Positions 47,801 to 55,001 of a stretch of 64,000 nucleotides of DNA are shown here, piece by piece. The translations under genes and the position numbers were made by a program. The number at the start of each line of letters is the position of its first letter. Within the stretch, counting starts at the first letter, position 1. The notes beneath the pieces were generated by a model, which saw nothing but the letters and a program-made list of their open reading frames with translations, ran no database searches and had not been told where the DNA came from. This stretch comes from a virus. The stretch covers positions 412 to 64,411 of the IMG/VR virus record IMGVR_UViG_3300028029_000178. The stretch is one strand, 5' to 3'.

Positions 47801-47808
47801 TCTGCCAT
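41776..47808 (-). CDS. Very large virion cargo protein, 2010 aa
   Basis: Gly/Ala-rich hydrophobic N-terminal region (aa ~180-500), coiled coils and a globular C-half, a layout typical of podovirus ejection proteins. Confidence 0.6.
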   Translation of the reverse strand: MAEDNNFPQLTEQIAGDTGTGQPEFSPVDYIHNSIKAKAATPSLLQEMDAEQEKAGYFSNMFKPSDNKISFNEERINVEEAYTKLSDGSYITRYDEGFIKGADNEQLYAERQSTSSKWINGVNKFVGKTTDNVIGGVLGTAYGAISAIAEGNWENIYDNEFYDFLDDQNTKMDTFAANYRTQEERDMGFFSSMGTANFWADDFLGGMSFMVGTVISESLWAAGTGGSSLTTTAARVGLRASKYFNTAKALTKGVKDAQKTARAYSRLNAVKNSTALANKFGKAGETLNLARFTYTGAGFESGMEARMFQKEQRDAFNRDFEHLNGREPSAEEIAGFEDNLGKTTNALWATNMALVGTSNFAILGKTFGVSSPFKLPGAKLNKTLFGIGESTKFGKNGQRLASAAIKRNKLQKTLGFSKAILKNPFYEGVVEEGGQAASSSAMEKYLTSRYNPSEDAMGIAESIYDGMAHTYGTKEGWKEVGLGALIGLLGGEGSNVASGQGLFREARESVKDQDASSVAKAENLNDNLGTKVTDRIFATKFEENLAHATEIQNAQTELSEAEDAGNVMGMANAQGKIMLTSIKNAIDFDYLDSQIKDFRAGLEMQDTSKISDHFGIEENEVKGKIDELVTEYENLGKSYNSAKEFADYIVSDNPKELDINGESIDPRVVRTAIAYQMVMTEVMEKNMDGAHKAITEALSELSPQIAAKHKQALDRLHQINKSKKSDVEALGKSENRLSAKQRQLKKLNKQLLKVDQEKAKASTKGNQKDADKYNSLVNKITRVKELVQELELDVAKKEGKLVAKQSEIDNLDSATKALAARLDIIDPLEGDGLVKQSTLEEMQNSLKELDETLKNLGKTNPVLVKRVSKLGQEYKSGLEMWQRNADTLQDITDPELGLKRVGTMMQKKKTAGETTLKFLERLKKTQEEEKEFSTKIEKLMNTNQSDAASDAASDAASDAVNEQEEADQDSGVDPTQEKEVTKNIVQDKIKKLKETLKKLVGENSHVLDNFTNNTKNLVQDKAPTQEELDEYQKLRDDFKAGDINLLIGRTLDKIGARTKERSGFSDEQILRYQELSQKMLNWRIVTGTNANGVSIQDLLDQIEAYEQELQEEGVQLPVGQYLEMSEEGQKEFSVDSNNPDYVNSMDKVNIRRDSIETTISHLGLETLIDSDFNVSLKEENVNKGTESEPEIVDVYSLEKDGKTFDIQYTKDHHRTIISKGDTKAFLKGMGMQTVKYNTKTGWGYVFKDGVPMKSDFGINLVNNPEVSILAPQKIYELKPGDKVSFMLNLRDTFNVEEILSLVEAGKMEEAKKLMSIYIVDRNGAVLGFLKSGVKEEGSNFNKVRDSAFISLQESLKSKELTIESLMEDEFNSVISLPYEVEVEKTFVGTPNIELNSDGSAKIFKITKKQAKIITGFGYAKKGKLSGENKGVRMTFIPKNTNTPYVVIKHGETEIAFPVGLTPTNSTLGEQVIDIVDSDAREQDKITNIINLLKQNGVEPAQFNLDNLKDNSKEIDKILKSLSGATRSFSEIELGKMSQEEFLEKVEIVINLDKDAFVSPKVKISLSKKLIEKNSGESTASKKLTENEKQDLIISYLKELSFAKELKDVEAQVRATGDEVFIQEYYENTKFKNQVEVAALANSPVPSIHTDSSIENLLQDVIDENNEEIPLDTNQSFAEEVADLKASPTQAKIKNLAKKVKNSLNNSYELVSSSMDTESLYHIPTSETEKQMFKLGYIRVIGDFYKKIDKSSSVLELLEGLYEKYKKGTLPSHMQEQYSSLEDFLEKMPKTSIDILKKYYNTQPKEVIIKSIPQVVNSQYLREEFKGDFAQFISEEKAKGSVLYKKILKHFKITDKGILKNNILTREKIGQFEKELGDVLPNLISYSLINKHIDLQETAQTTIFVEEGARLEAVNNPNLIEPKAQAKIIDDKTISFTKINKPFIRREQSVYEQVFSDKQGGYVYQHIANIDPNFIITEVQAPFNTNTHKSEKEIDRTSTNINTTKGSKTDC
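44931..44977. repeat. 12-nt tandem repeat (~3.9 copies) encoding SDAA
   Basis: CAGCATCACTTG x3 plus an 11-nt partial copy. Confidence 0.9.
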
Positions 47809-50674
47809 TTATCATATTTTTCATAAATTCATCTACTTGGGATTTTGAGTACATAGAAAGAAAAACCTGTGGAGTTCCTTGATATGCTTTTTCAAAAGCC
47901 TCTACTGAAATACCCTTTTCAAGAGGTATCTTCCCTACTATATCTTTACCATTATTTGTTTTTATCAAAACTTGATAATCAGTAGCTACTCCTTTTGTGA
48001 AGTCTAGTGAGTATTTATGTGTATTAGTTACAAAATCTTCGAACTGTTGTTTTATTTTTTGTCCTTCTTGAGACTTCATTAAATAAAAATCGTTTTCAGA
48101 GTTAAAGATCATTTTTCTAGCTGATGCTTCATCTGATAAAAGCCTAAATCCATTTTCAATTGGATTACTCTTATTATACAACCTATTTAAACCATCTACT
48201 TGCTCTTTATTATTACCTATAAAATTCATATTTTTAACCTCTCCGACAATATTATCTAAGGTTTTAAAAGATGCTTCTTTTTGTAAAAGGGTGATTTGAT
48301 TATTAAAACTATCCATCTTTTTTACATCATTAGCTTGAATAGTAGCTGTAAGATATTGTGTTTCTTGAGACACATCGCCATCTTTATCTGTAGTTTGGTC
48401 TTTTTTTATTTGAGATATAAAAAGACTTCCATCCTCTTTTTTATATATATCGATAGGCCTTTTTAAATTCCAAGTGATATTGCTTGCATGCTTCATTACC
48501 TCTCTATAAATAGGGTCTATCATTTGTTTTGGGTGCCCTTGAATTCTTATAGAATTATTTCCTGCTACTGTTTTATCTAAAAATTGTAAATTGTTAGAGG
48601 CAAAATCTCTAAATTTACTATCTTTAAAAAGATCCCTAACTGCACTTTCATTTCTGATTGTTCTATCAGTATCTCCTGCACTTAAATAGCTTATTTTTGA
48701 TATAGACCTACCTTCTTGATAAAGTGAGTTAGTTCTACTTACAATTTTAGAAAAATTAGTGTTTTCATCTTTTAAGGATAAAGTATAATCTTCACCATCT
48801 TTTTTTACAGAGTATGTCTCATCTAAAGGCTCTCCTGTTAAATCATGAGCTGCCTGTCTCATCATTAGATACTCACTTCTTGTCAAATCTATTTTATTAG
48901 TTGTACCCACTCCTGCATTTACATTTATAGTGGTTAAAGCAGCTAAAGGTCCTAAAAGGCCTTCTAAAATACCAACTGAGGTTCTTTTTTCATTAGTTAC
49001 ATCATCAAAAGATAAGTTATTTGTAAGAGACATAGATTGTAGAGCTAAAGTAGCTCTAAATTGTTTTGCCTCTTTTGAATCACTTCCTACAAAAGATTTA
49101 TAAGTACTGAAATTAGACACACCATTTTCCTTTAGAAAATCTTGCATAGTGGTTTCTCCTTTAGGAGTAATCATTGTAAGATTTGTCTCTTCAAAAAAAG
49201 TTTGGTCAAAAGTTTCCTGTTGTAGAGCTTGTGTTTTAATAAACTTGTCTGTAGTTTTTAAAACACCCTCTTGAATATTTTTTGTCTCTGATATTTTAGA
49301 TTTTAATTCATTTGCTATATCTGGTGGGAAGAAATTTGCTCCAAGTCTATTTATTGTCTCCATCTGTAAAGCTTCATTACTTAATGTTTGCCCTTTATAC
49401 AATGCAATAATTTGAGGATCATTTTTTATATCCTCCATAGTCTTATTTATCAGCTTTTTCTGGTCATCTCCTAAATCATTAAAAATATTTTGTAGATATG
49501 TACTATTATCTGTTAAAGCTTTATCCATTCTGTTAAGACCTTCTTGAAGAGGGTCTACATCACCCTTTAAATTTTTAGGAGCAGTTATAGTAGAAATATT
49601 TGAGTTGCCTACTGGACTATTTGCATTAATATTAGCTAAAGAATTAGCATCACGCATTCTTTTTAAAAATCCACTATCATACTTAATAGACTCTGGTCCA
49701 TTTTTAGTATATAATTTAGAAAATAATTGTATTTTATCTTCTATTAATTGTTGACCTCCTATAACCTCTGCTGTTTTTTGGCCTATCAATCTAGACTCAT
49801 AAGAAGCTCTCTCAGCTCCTAAAGTTTCAATTTGTTCATTTATCTCTGCTATTTGTCCTGGAGTTTTATTCCCATTATCTCTAAAATTTTCAAGAAGAGA
49901 TACATTTTCTATATTCTGCTTTTTATTATTTGCTATAAGAGTGTCTCTATATGCTACAGCTTTATTGTCATCTATCCCATACAACATTGAACCATCTATC
50001 TCTAATTGTTTTAAATCATTAGCATTTAATTGAATCCTAAGGTACCCTCTCATTTCTTCAGGAGTAACCATAGATACTTTCTTACTTACAGTTTTTCCTG
50101 TAAGAGGGTTTTGTATACTAACTAACTCATTAGGATTAGCTGATTTTAATTTTCTAGCAACTTCATCTAATTTAGCATCTACATCAATATACTCTGAATA
50201 CTTAAAATCATTTACAGAGTCAGAGCCTCCTCCTATATAGGCATCAATTCCACTTTTTCTATAAGCATACTGAAAATTTTGTTGATTTATATCTCCTTTT
50301 TTTTCTCTATCTTTATAAAATTGTTGGACCTGGCGAATTTTTTTCGTATTTCCTATTTGTTTAAGAATCTCTGGATCTTTAGCTGCTTCATTTAAAGAAT
50401 CTTGGATAGTAGATCTAGTTTTTTTACTATCGAAATGAATTTCATCTGTTCTATCTAAAGTATTTAAAACTCCTCTAACTTTATCTTTTAGGTACTCTCT
50501 ATCTTTATCTCTAATCAAATCTTGGCCAAGAGTTGCATCAACAGTTTGTTGTAACAAGCCGAAGTTTGTATCAATTGTGCCCTGTTTATCTTTAAGAGTT
50601 TTATCTATATAAGCATGATTAATGCTACTTGTAGGCCTATTAAACCTACGTGGAATACTTTGGTAGTTTGCCAT
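47795..50674 (-). CDS. Large virion cargo protein, 959 aa
   Basis: Helical ORF coupled to its neighbours in the virion arm. Confidence 0.6.
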   Translation of the reverse strand: MANYQSIPRRFNRPTSSINHAYIDKTLKDKQGTIDTNFGLLQQTVDATLGQDLIRDKDREYLKDKVRGVLNTLDRTDEIHFDSKKTRSTIQDSLNEAAKDPEILKQIGNTKKIRQVQQFYKDREKKGDINQQNFQYAYRKSGIDAYIGGGSDSVNDFKYSEYIDVDAKLDEVARKLKSANPNELVSIQNPLTGKTVSKKVSMVTPEEMRGYLRIQLNANDLKQLEIDGSMLYGIDDNKAVAYRDTLIANNKKQNIENVSLLENFRDNGNKTPGQIAEINEQIETLGAERASYESRLIGQKTAEVIGGQQLIEDKIQLFSKLYTKNGPESIKYDSGFLKRMRDANSLANINANSPVGNSNISTITAPKNLKGDVDPLQEGLNRMDKALTDNSTYLQNIFNDLGDDQKKLINKTMEDIKNDPQIIALYKGQTLSNEALQMETINRLGANFFPPDIANELKSKISETKNIQEGVLKTTDKFIKTQALQQETFDQTFFEETNLTMITPKGETTMQDFLKENGVSNFSTYKSFVGSDSKEAKQFRATLALQSMSLTNNLSFDDVTNEKRTSVGILEGLLGPLAALTTINVNAGVGTTNKIDLTRSEYLMMRQAAHDLTGEPLDETYSVKKDGEDYTLSLKDENTNFSKIVSRTNSLYQEGRSISKISYLSAGDTDRTIRNESAVRDLFKDSKFRDFASNNLQFLDKTVAGNNSIRIQGHPKQMIDPIYREVMKHASNITWNLKRPIDIYKKEDGSLFISQIKKDQTTDKDGDVSQETQYLTATIQANDVKKMDSFNNQITLLQKEASFKTLDNIVGEVKNMNFIGNNKEQVDGLNRLYNKSNPIENGFRLLSDEASARKMIFNSENDFYLMKSQEGQKIKQQFEDFVTNTHKYSLDFTKGVATDYQVLIKTNNGKDIVGKIPLEKGISVEAFEKAYQGTPQVFLSMYSKSQVDEFMKNMINGRR

Positions 50675-50711
50675 ATTGCAAATTTACTATTTATTTATTA
50701 TATATTCTAAT

Positions 50712-53700
50712 TTATCCTTGGCTAATTTTACTTAAAATTTCCCTATCTGTAGTTTTTCTTTTAAAACTTTGTCCATCAAAATAGACATCCTCATTTGTGG
50801 CATTAACTAAGTTAAGGTTATGTATATCCATAAATTTTTGCTTATTATTTGCTTGAAGGTGATTATAATACTCATTAAGATCATAGTCAGTAAGAGCTTG
50901 TGCCCTATACTGTCTTTGCTCATACTTTAGCCTATCAACTGCTGAAGCGTTTTCTTCTCTAGCTTGAATTTGTGCATTTGTATACTCTGCTTTTTCAACA
51001 CTTTGTAGATTTTGAGTATCTATTTGATTTCTTATATTAGACTCTTGTTTTTGAGCATTAGCCCTCATATTTGCTAAAGCTGCTGCTCTCACATTTGGAG
51101 AAAGTCCCTCTAAATTTTGAACTTGTGCATTATCTCTATCCCTAGAATCTTGTAAATAAGGTTCAATATTAATTTCATTAGGACTTACTCTATCATATCT
51201 TCTTTCAGGTTTTATAGTGCCTTGTAATGCAGTAGGTGCTAAAGTGTGGTCTCCTGGAAATAAGTAAGTTCCCAATCCAGAACTCTGTCTAGGGTCTTCT
51301 GGTAAATACTCTTCTACTTTAGGTACATGTTGTCTTTGCGCCATCCCTCCAACTACTATATCCATAGAAGGTTGAACTATCCCTTGTGTTGGAGCTGTTA
51401 ATGTACTAGGCTCTGTATAGAAATGTTTATCGGGAGTTCCTGGAATATTTTGAGTTGTTCCTTTATTCCAATCAGGGTTATTTTTTTTCCATTCCTCTGC
51501 TGCCTGTACATATTCTTCAAATTTAGGAAATTTATTTTTATCCCAAGTCTGTCTGTAGCTATTAAAGTCTTGTTGTGATACACTAGAAGAACCTTCTATA
51601 CCTCTATCTATATATTGGTTTGTTCCTATTCTTTCCCACTCTCCTGAGGCTACTTTTTCCTTAGCTTGTGCTGCTGTTACTTTTTTACCAGTTACAGGAT
51701 CTATATCTCCTATTTTTATACCTTCTCCATACTTAGGTACCATTTTTCCTCCATTGGCAAACTCTTGAATTACTTGTTTTGCTCTATCTAAAGGTATATT
51801 AAACTCTTTAGCTAAAGCTTCAAAATCTCCTCCAAATTCTAACTGTCCTGTTTTAGGAGCTTCTTTTTTCATAGATTTAGCATCCTCTTGAATATTAAAA
51901 AGTTCATCAAAAATAAATTTTCTTTCTTCTTCAATAGGGTGTTTTTTCTCAACAATTTCCTGCTGTTTTTTAGTTAAAACATCTAAGTTAAAAGACCTTG
52001 TAGTAGCATCTCCTACTTTATCTTGCTCGCCTATTTTCTTTAAAATCTCTGCCTCCTCTTCAATTATTTTATCTAATTTTGATTTCTTTTTAAACTTATC
52101 TAAGACATCAGAATAAGTGTGTTTAGCTTTAAGTTTTAAGTCATACTTTTCAGATAGTTCTTTTGCTACTTTTCCTCCCAATTTAGATTTATCAGACAAA
52201 ACTCTATCATCTTTTTCCATTTGAATTTTCTCGCCTCCTTGGGAATGCTTATCTCCAACTACCTCTGCAATATCTCCTTCGCTAGATTGAAAGTACTCCC
52301 CTTTTTCAATCTCTGCATTTACCTCTTCTGTATTCTCGTTAGAAACACCATGCATAAATTCACCTGTGGCTAACTCTTCATCTTTTTTGCCTCCATATGC
52401 AAAAGACTCTAAATAGCCTCCTTCAGCTCTATTTACAGGAACATGTCTTTTATTTTTTTGTTCTTTATAGAAATCACCCATCACTTGACTTCCTCTATTT
52501 GCATGCCCAAGACCTGACATAATATTTCTACCAAGACCTGCTCCAAGTTTTACACTTGAACCTACAATACCTAAAGTATTTTTATCTTTTATGCTATGTC
52601 CTAAAGTGTACGCTGCTGTAGGGATATCTACTCCTGCATAAGGGTTAAATAAGTTGAAATTTTTATCTTCTTGGCTTTTTTTCAATGTGCTTTCTACACC
52701 TGTCTTTATCTCTTCAGTATTAGGACTATCTATACTGTCTTTAGCTTCTACTTCTGTTCCTACAACTCCTGCCTGTGTCCCTTCGACTCCTGCCTGTGTC
52801 CCTTCGACTCCTGCCTGTGTCCCTTCGACTCCTTTTTGAGCATCTATAAAGTCTTGTCTAGATTTAACCATTTCATCTTCAGATGCGATGGAAGTTGAGA
52901 CATTTGGGTTACTTGTTTGTGTAAATGGGTCTATCTTAGTCCCATCAAAATCAGAAGGGTCATAGAAAGGACTATTTTTAGCATTAGCTTCGTTACCTGC
53001 ATCTAATAAAAATTGGTATCTATTTTTTTGCATACCTAATTGGCTACCACCATATCCGCTTATAGAAGAGTTACTTTGCTGTCTTTGTAAACATTCGGTA
53101 TCACCTGGATCACACTCTTCGCCTCCAAAAGCATATTGGGTGATTTCTCCCCCATACTCTAATCTTTCATTAAAAGCTAAATACCCATTTTTATTATCTT
53201 TTGTGTTTACTCTAACATCTGGATTTTGTTCTTGTAAATACTTTAAGTACTCCCTGTGCTTAGAGTAGTTACCTGGATTCCTTTTTGTAGGTGATACAGT
53301 AAATTCATCATTAGCATAATTTACGTTAAAATAGTTTACATCTTTGTATCTTCCTAGATTGAAATCTGGAACTTGTATAGGCTGTGGTGGGTCTATAGTT
53401 TCAAATAGTCTATTAGCCGTTTCTGCATCCCAAGCTAGTCCAGTAGCCTCTCTAACCTCTTTAGTTTCAGTATTAGTAAGTTTTTTCTTACCTTTATCTC
53501 CACCTTCAGATAAGGATGTGATATACCCCCCAAATTCTAATCTTTTATTGAAATTAAGGTACCCATTTTTATTAGGTTTAGTATTTATTTTTACATCTGG
53601 GTTTTGTTTTTGTAGGTATTTTAAATACTCTTTATGTTTAGAGTAGTTACCTGGATTCCTTTTTGTAGGAGCTATAGTAAATTCATCATTAGCATAGTTT

Positions 53701-53975
53701 ACATTAAAATAATCCACATCTTTATATCTCCCTAAGTTGAAATCAGGTATTTCTATAGGTTGTGGAGGGTCTATAGTTTCAAATAATCTGTTAGCTGTCT
53801 CTGCATCCCAATCTAAACCAGTAGTCTCTCTAACCTCTTTAGTTTCAGTATTAGTAAGTTTTTTCTTACCTTTTCCTCCCCCCATAAATTTTTCAATATC
53901 AATTTCTACAGATTTACCTGTTTTGACATCTTTAATTTTATGTTTTCCTGCGTATTTAGTTATTTTATAAGCCAT
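50712..53975 (-). CDS. Virion cargo protein with internal duplication and repeated xxxGG motifs, 1087 aa
   Basis: Two ~120-aa copies at the N-terminus, GVEGTQA repeats, a VNAEIEKGEY..HSQGG segment and a Q-rich C-terminus. Confidence 0.65.
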   Translation of the reverse strand: MAYKITKYAGKHKIKDVKTGKSVEIDIEKFMGGGKGKKKLTNTETKEVRETTGLDWDAETANRLFETIDPPQPIEIPDFNLGRYKDVDYFNVNYANDEFTIAPTKRNPGNYSKHKEYLKYLQKQNPDVKINTKPNKNGYLNFNKRLEFGGYITSLSEGGDKGKKKLTNTETKEVREATGLAWDAETANRLFETIDPPQPIQVPDFNLGRYKDVNYFNVNYANDEFTVSPTKRNPGNYSKHREYLKYLQEQNPDVRVNTKDNKNGYLAFNERLEYGGEITQYAFGGEECDPGDTECLQRQQSNSSISGYGGSQLGMQKNRYQFLLDAGNEANAKNSPFYDPSDFDGTKIDPFTQTSNPNVSTSIASEDEMVKSRQDFIDAQKGVEGTQAGVEGTQAGVEGTQAGVVGTEVEAKDSIDSPNTEEIKTGVESTLKKSQEDKNFNLFNPYAGVDIPTAAYTLGHSIKDKNTLGIVGSSVKLGAGLGRNIMSGLGHANRGSQVMGDFYKEQKNKRHVPVNRAEGGYLESFAYGGKKDEELATGEFMHGVSNENTEEVNAEIEKGEYFQSSEGDIAEVVGDKHSQGGEKIQMEKDDRVLSDKSKLGGKVAKELSEKYDLKLKAKHTYSDVLDKFKKKSKLDKIIEEEAEILKKIGEQDKVGDATTRSFNLDVLTKKQQEIVEKKHPIEEERKFIFDELFNIQEDAKSMKKEAPKTGQLEFGGDFEALAKEFNIPLDRAKQVIQEFANGGKMVPKYGEGIKIGDIDPVTGKKVTAAQAKEKVASGEWERIGTNQYIDRGIEGSSSVSQQDFNSYRQTWDKNKFPKFEEYVQAAEEWKKNNPDWNKGTTQNIPGTPDKHFYTEPSTLTAPTQGIVQPSMDIVVGGMAQRQHVPKVEEYLPEDPRQSSGLGTYLFPGDHTLAPTALQGTIKPERRYDRVSPNEINIEPYLQDSRDRDNAQVQNLEGLSPNVRAAALANMRANAQKQESNIRNQIDTQNLQSVEKAEYTNAQIQAREENASAVDRLKYEQRQYRAQALTDYDLNEYYNHLQANNKQKFMDIHNLNLVNATNEDVYFDGQSFKRKTTDREILSKISQG
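52765..52833. repeat. 21-nt tandem repeat (~3.3 copies) encoding GVEGTQA
   Basis: ACTCCTGCCTGTGTCCCTTCG x3 plus ACTCCT. Confidence 0.9.
53143..53878. repeat. Tandem domain duplication, 378-nt period
   Basis: TTAGTTTCAGTATTAGTAAGTTTTTTCTTACC occurs at 53461 and 53839; the two protein copies are near-identical. Confidence 0.9.
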
Positions 53976-54056
53976 TTTATTTAAATATTATTTTTATGTG
54001 GTAATTTAGAGTTATCAGCGGTAAAATTCAACAAGTTTAATAAATTTTTATCTGTT

Positions 54057-55001
54057 TTAGTCATGTTTATCAGAAATTTTTCTATTCTTATACCAATTAT
54101 TTAGCCAAATAGTTTGTTCTTCTAAATCTTCACAAGAGGGTTTGCCAGGACAGTCACATTGGCAATCTTCTTTTTTTTTACCTCCATCTTCATAAGTATC
54201 TATATCTATATAGTCGTATAAAGAAGAGTCTTCTTGTTGTGGTAAATAGCTAGGCTTTTCAACCTGTTTTTGTTGAAAGGCTTGTATAAACCTATCTTCA
54301 GTAGATTGTCTTTCTTTTGCCAATAGCTCTTTAATCTTTTCAATACTTACCTGCTCTTTGCCTTCTTCTTTATCTAAATCTGGTAGAGTTGCGTATGTAG
54401 CGTTCTTTACTAAAGTGTTATCTCTTTGTGCTTCTCTTGCTCTAATATCTTCTTTTGAGTGCACTACTGAGGGTTCTTTAACCTCTTCTTGTGCTTCGTT
54501 TGGGTTAATAGTCTCATTATTAAACTTTTTAGCAGACCAATTATAAACCTCGTAGGCTTTTTTAGCGGTGCCATCTTTATTATAAAAAACGTTTTTATTC
54601 GCTTTTAAAGCTCCTGGAGAAACAAAATCTGTTACTAACTTATTAGGTGATGTCTTTACAGTATCTAATAGTTTTCTAGCCCCTCCCATACCTGAAAAAT
54701 GAGCTAAATATAACTCCGCTTGATTTGGATCTCTTCCTAATTTATTTTTTAAATATTTTTCATTCCTTTTAGTAAACTCCTGTACTATTTTTCTAGATTT
54801 AGTAGGGTCAAATCTATCTTCTAAAGAATAGTCTAATCCTAACTCACCTGTTAACTGACTCCAAGTACCTTTTGTAAATTGGTATAGTCCTGCTGCACTA
54901 GATGTTTTTGCTTTTGCCAGAGGATTATTATTAGACTCTATTTGAGCCAATCTAGTGTAATAATCCTCTGGAGGATCTGCGAACATTCTTCTTAACTTCA
55001 T
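54057..55001 (-). CDS. Virion-associated lytic transglycosylase (SLT/lysozyme-like)
   Basis: LAQIESNNNP (catalytic Glu), SSAAGLYQFTKGTW, YLAHFSG. Confidence 0.85.
   Translation of the reverse strand: MKLRRMFADPPEDYYTRLAQIESNNNPLAKAKTSSAAGLYQFTKGTWSQLTGELGLDYSLEDRFDPTKSRKIVQEFTKRNEKYLKNKLGRDPNQAELYLAHFSGMGGARKLLDTVKTSPNKLVTDFVSPGALKANKNVFYNKDGTAKKAYEVYNWSAKKFNNETINPNEAQEEVKEPSVVHSKEDIRAREAQRDNTLVKNATYATLPDLDKEEGKEQVSIEKIKELLAKERQSTEDRFIQAFQQKQVEKPSYLPQQEDSSLYDYIDIDTYEDGGKKKEDCQCDCPGKPSCEDLEEQTIWLNNWYKNRKISDKHD

Noticed and set aside
35963-47808. Virion RNA polymerase call for the 1838-aa or 2010-aa protein
   Set aside because: No DxDxD catalytic motif was found by eye; the closest are DFDYLD and DLDGE. 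Left unassigned pending structure prediction.
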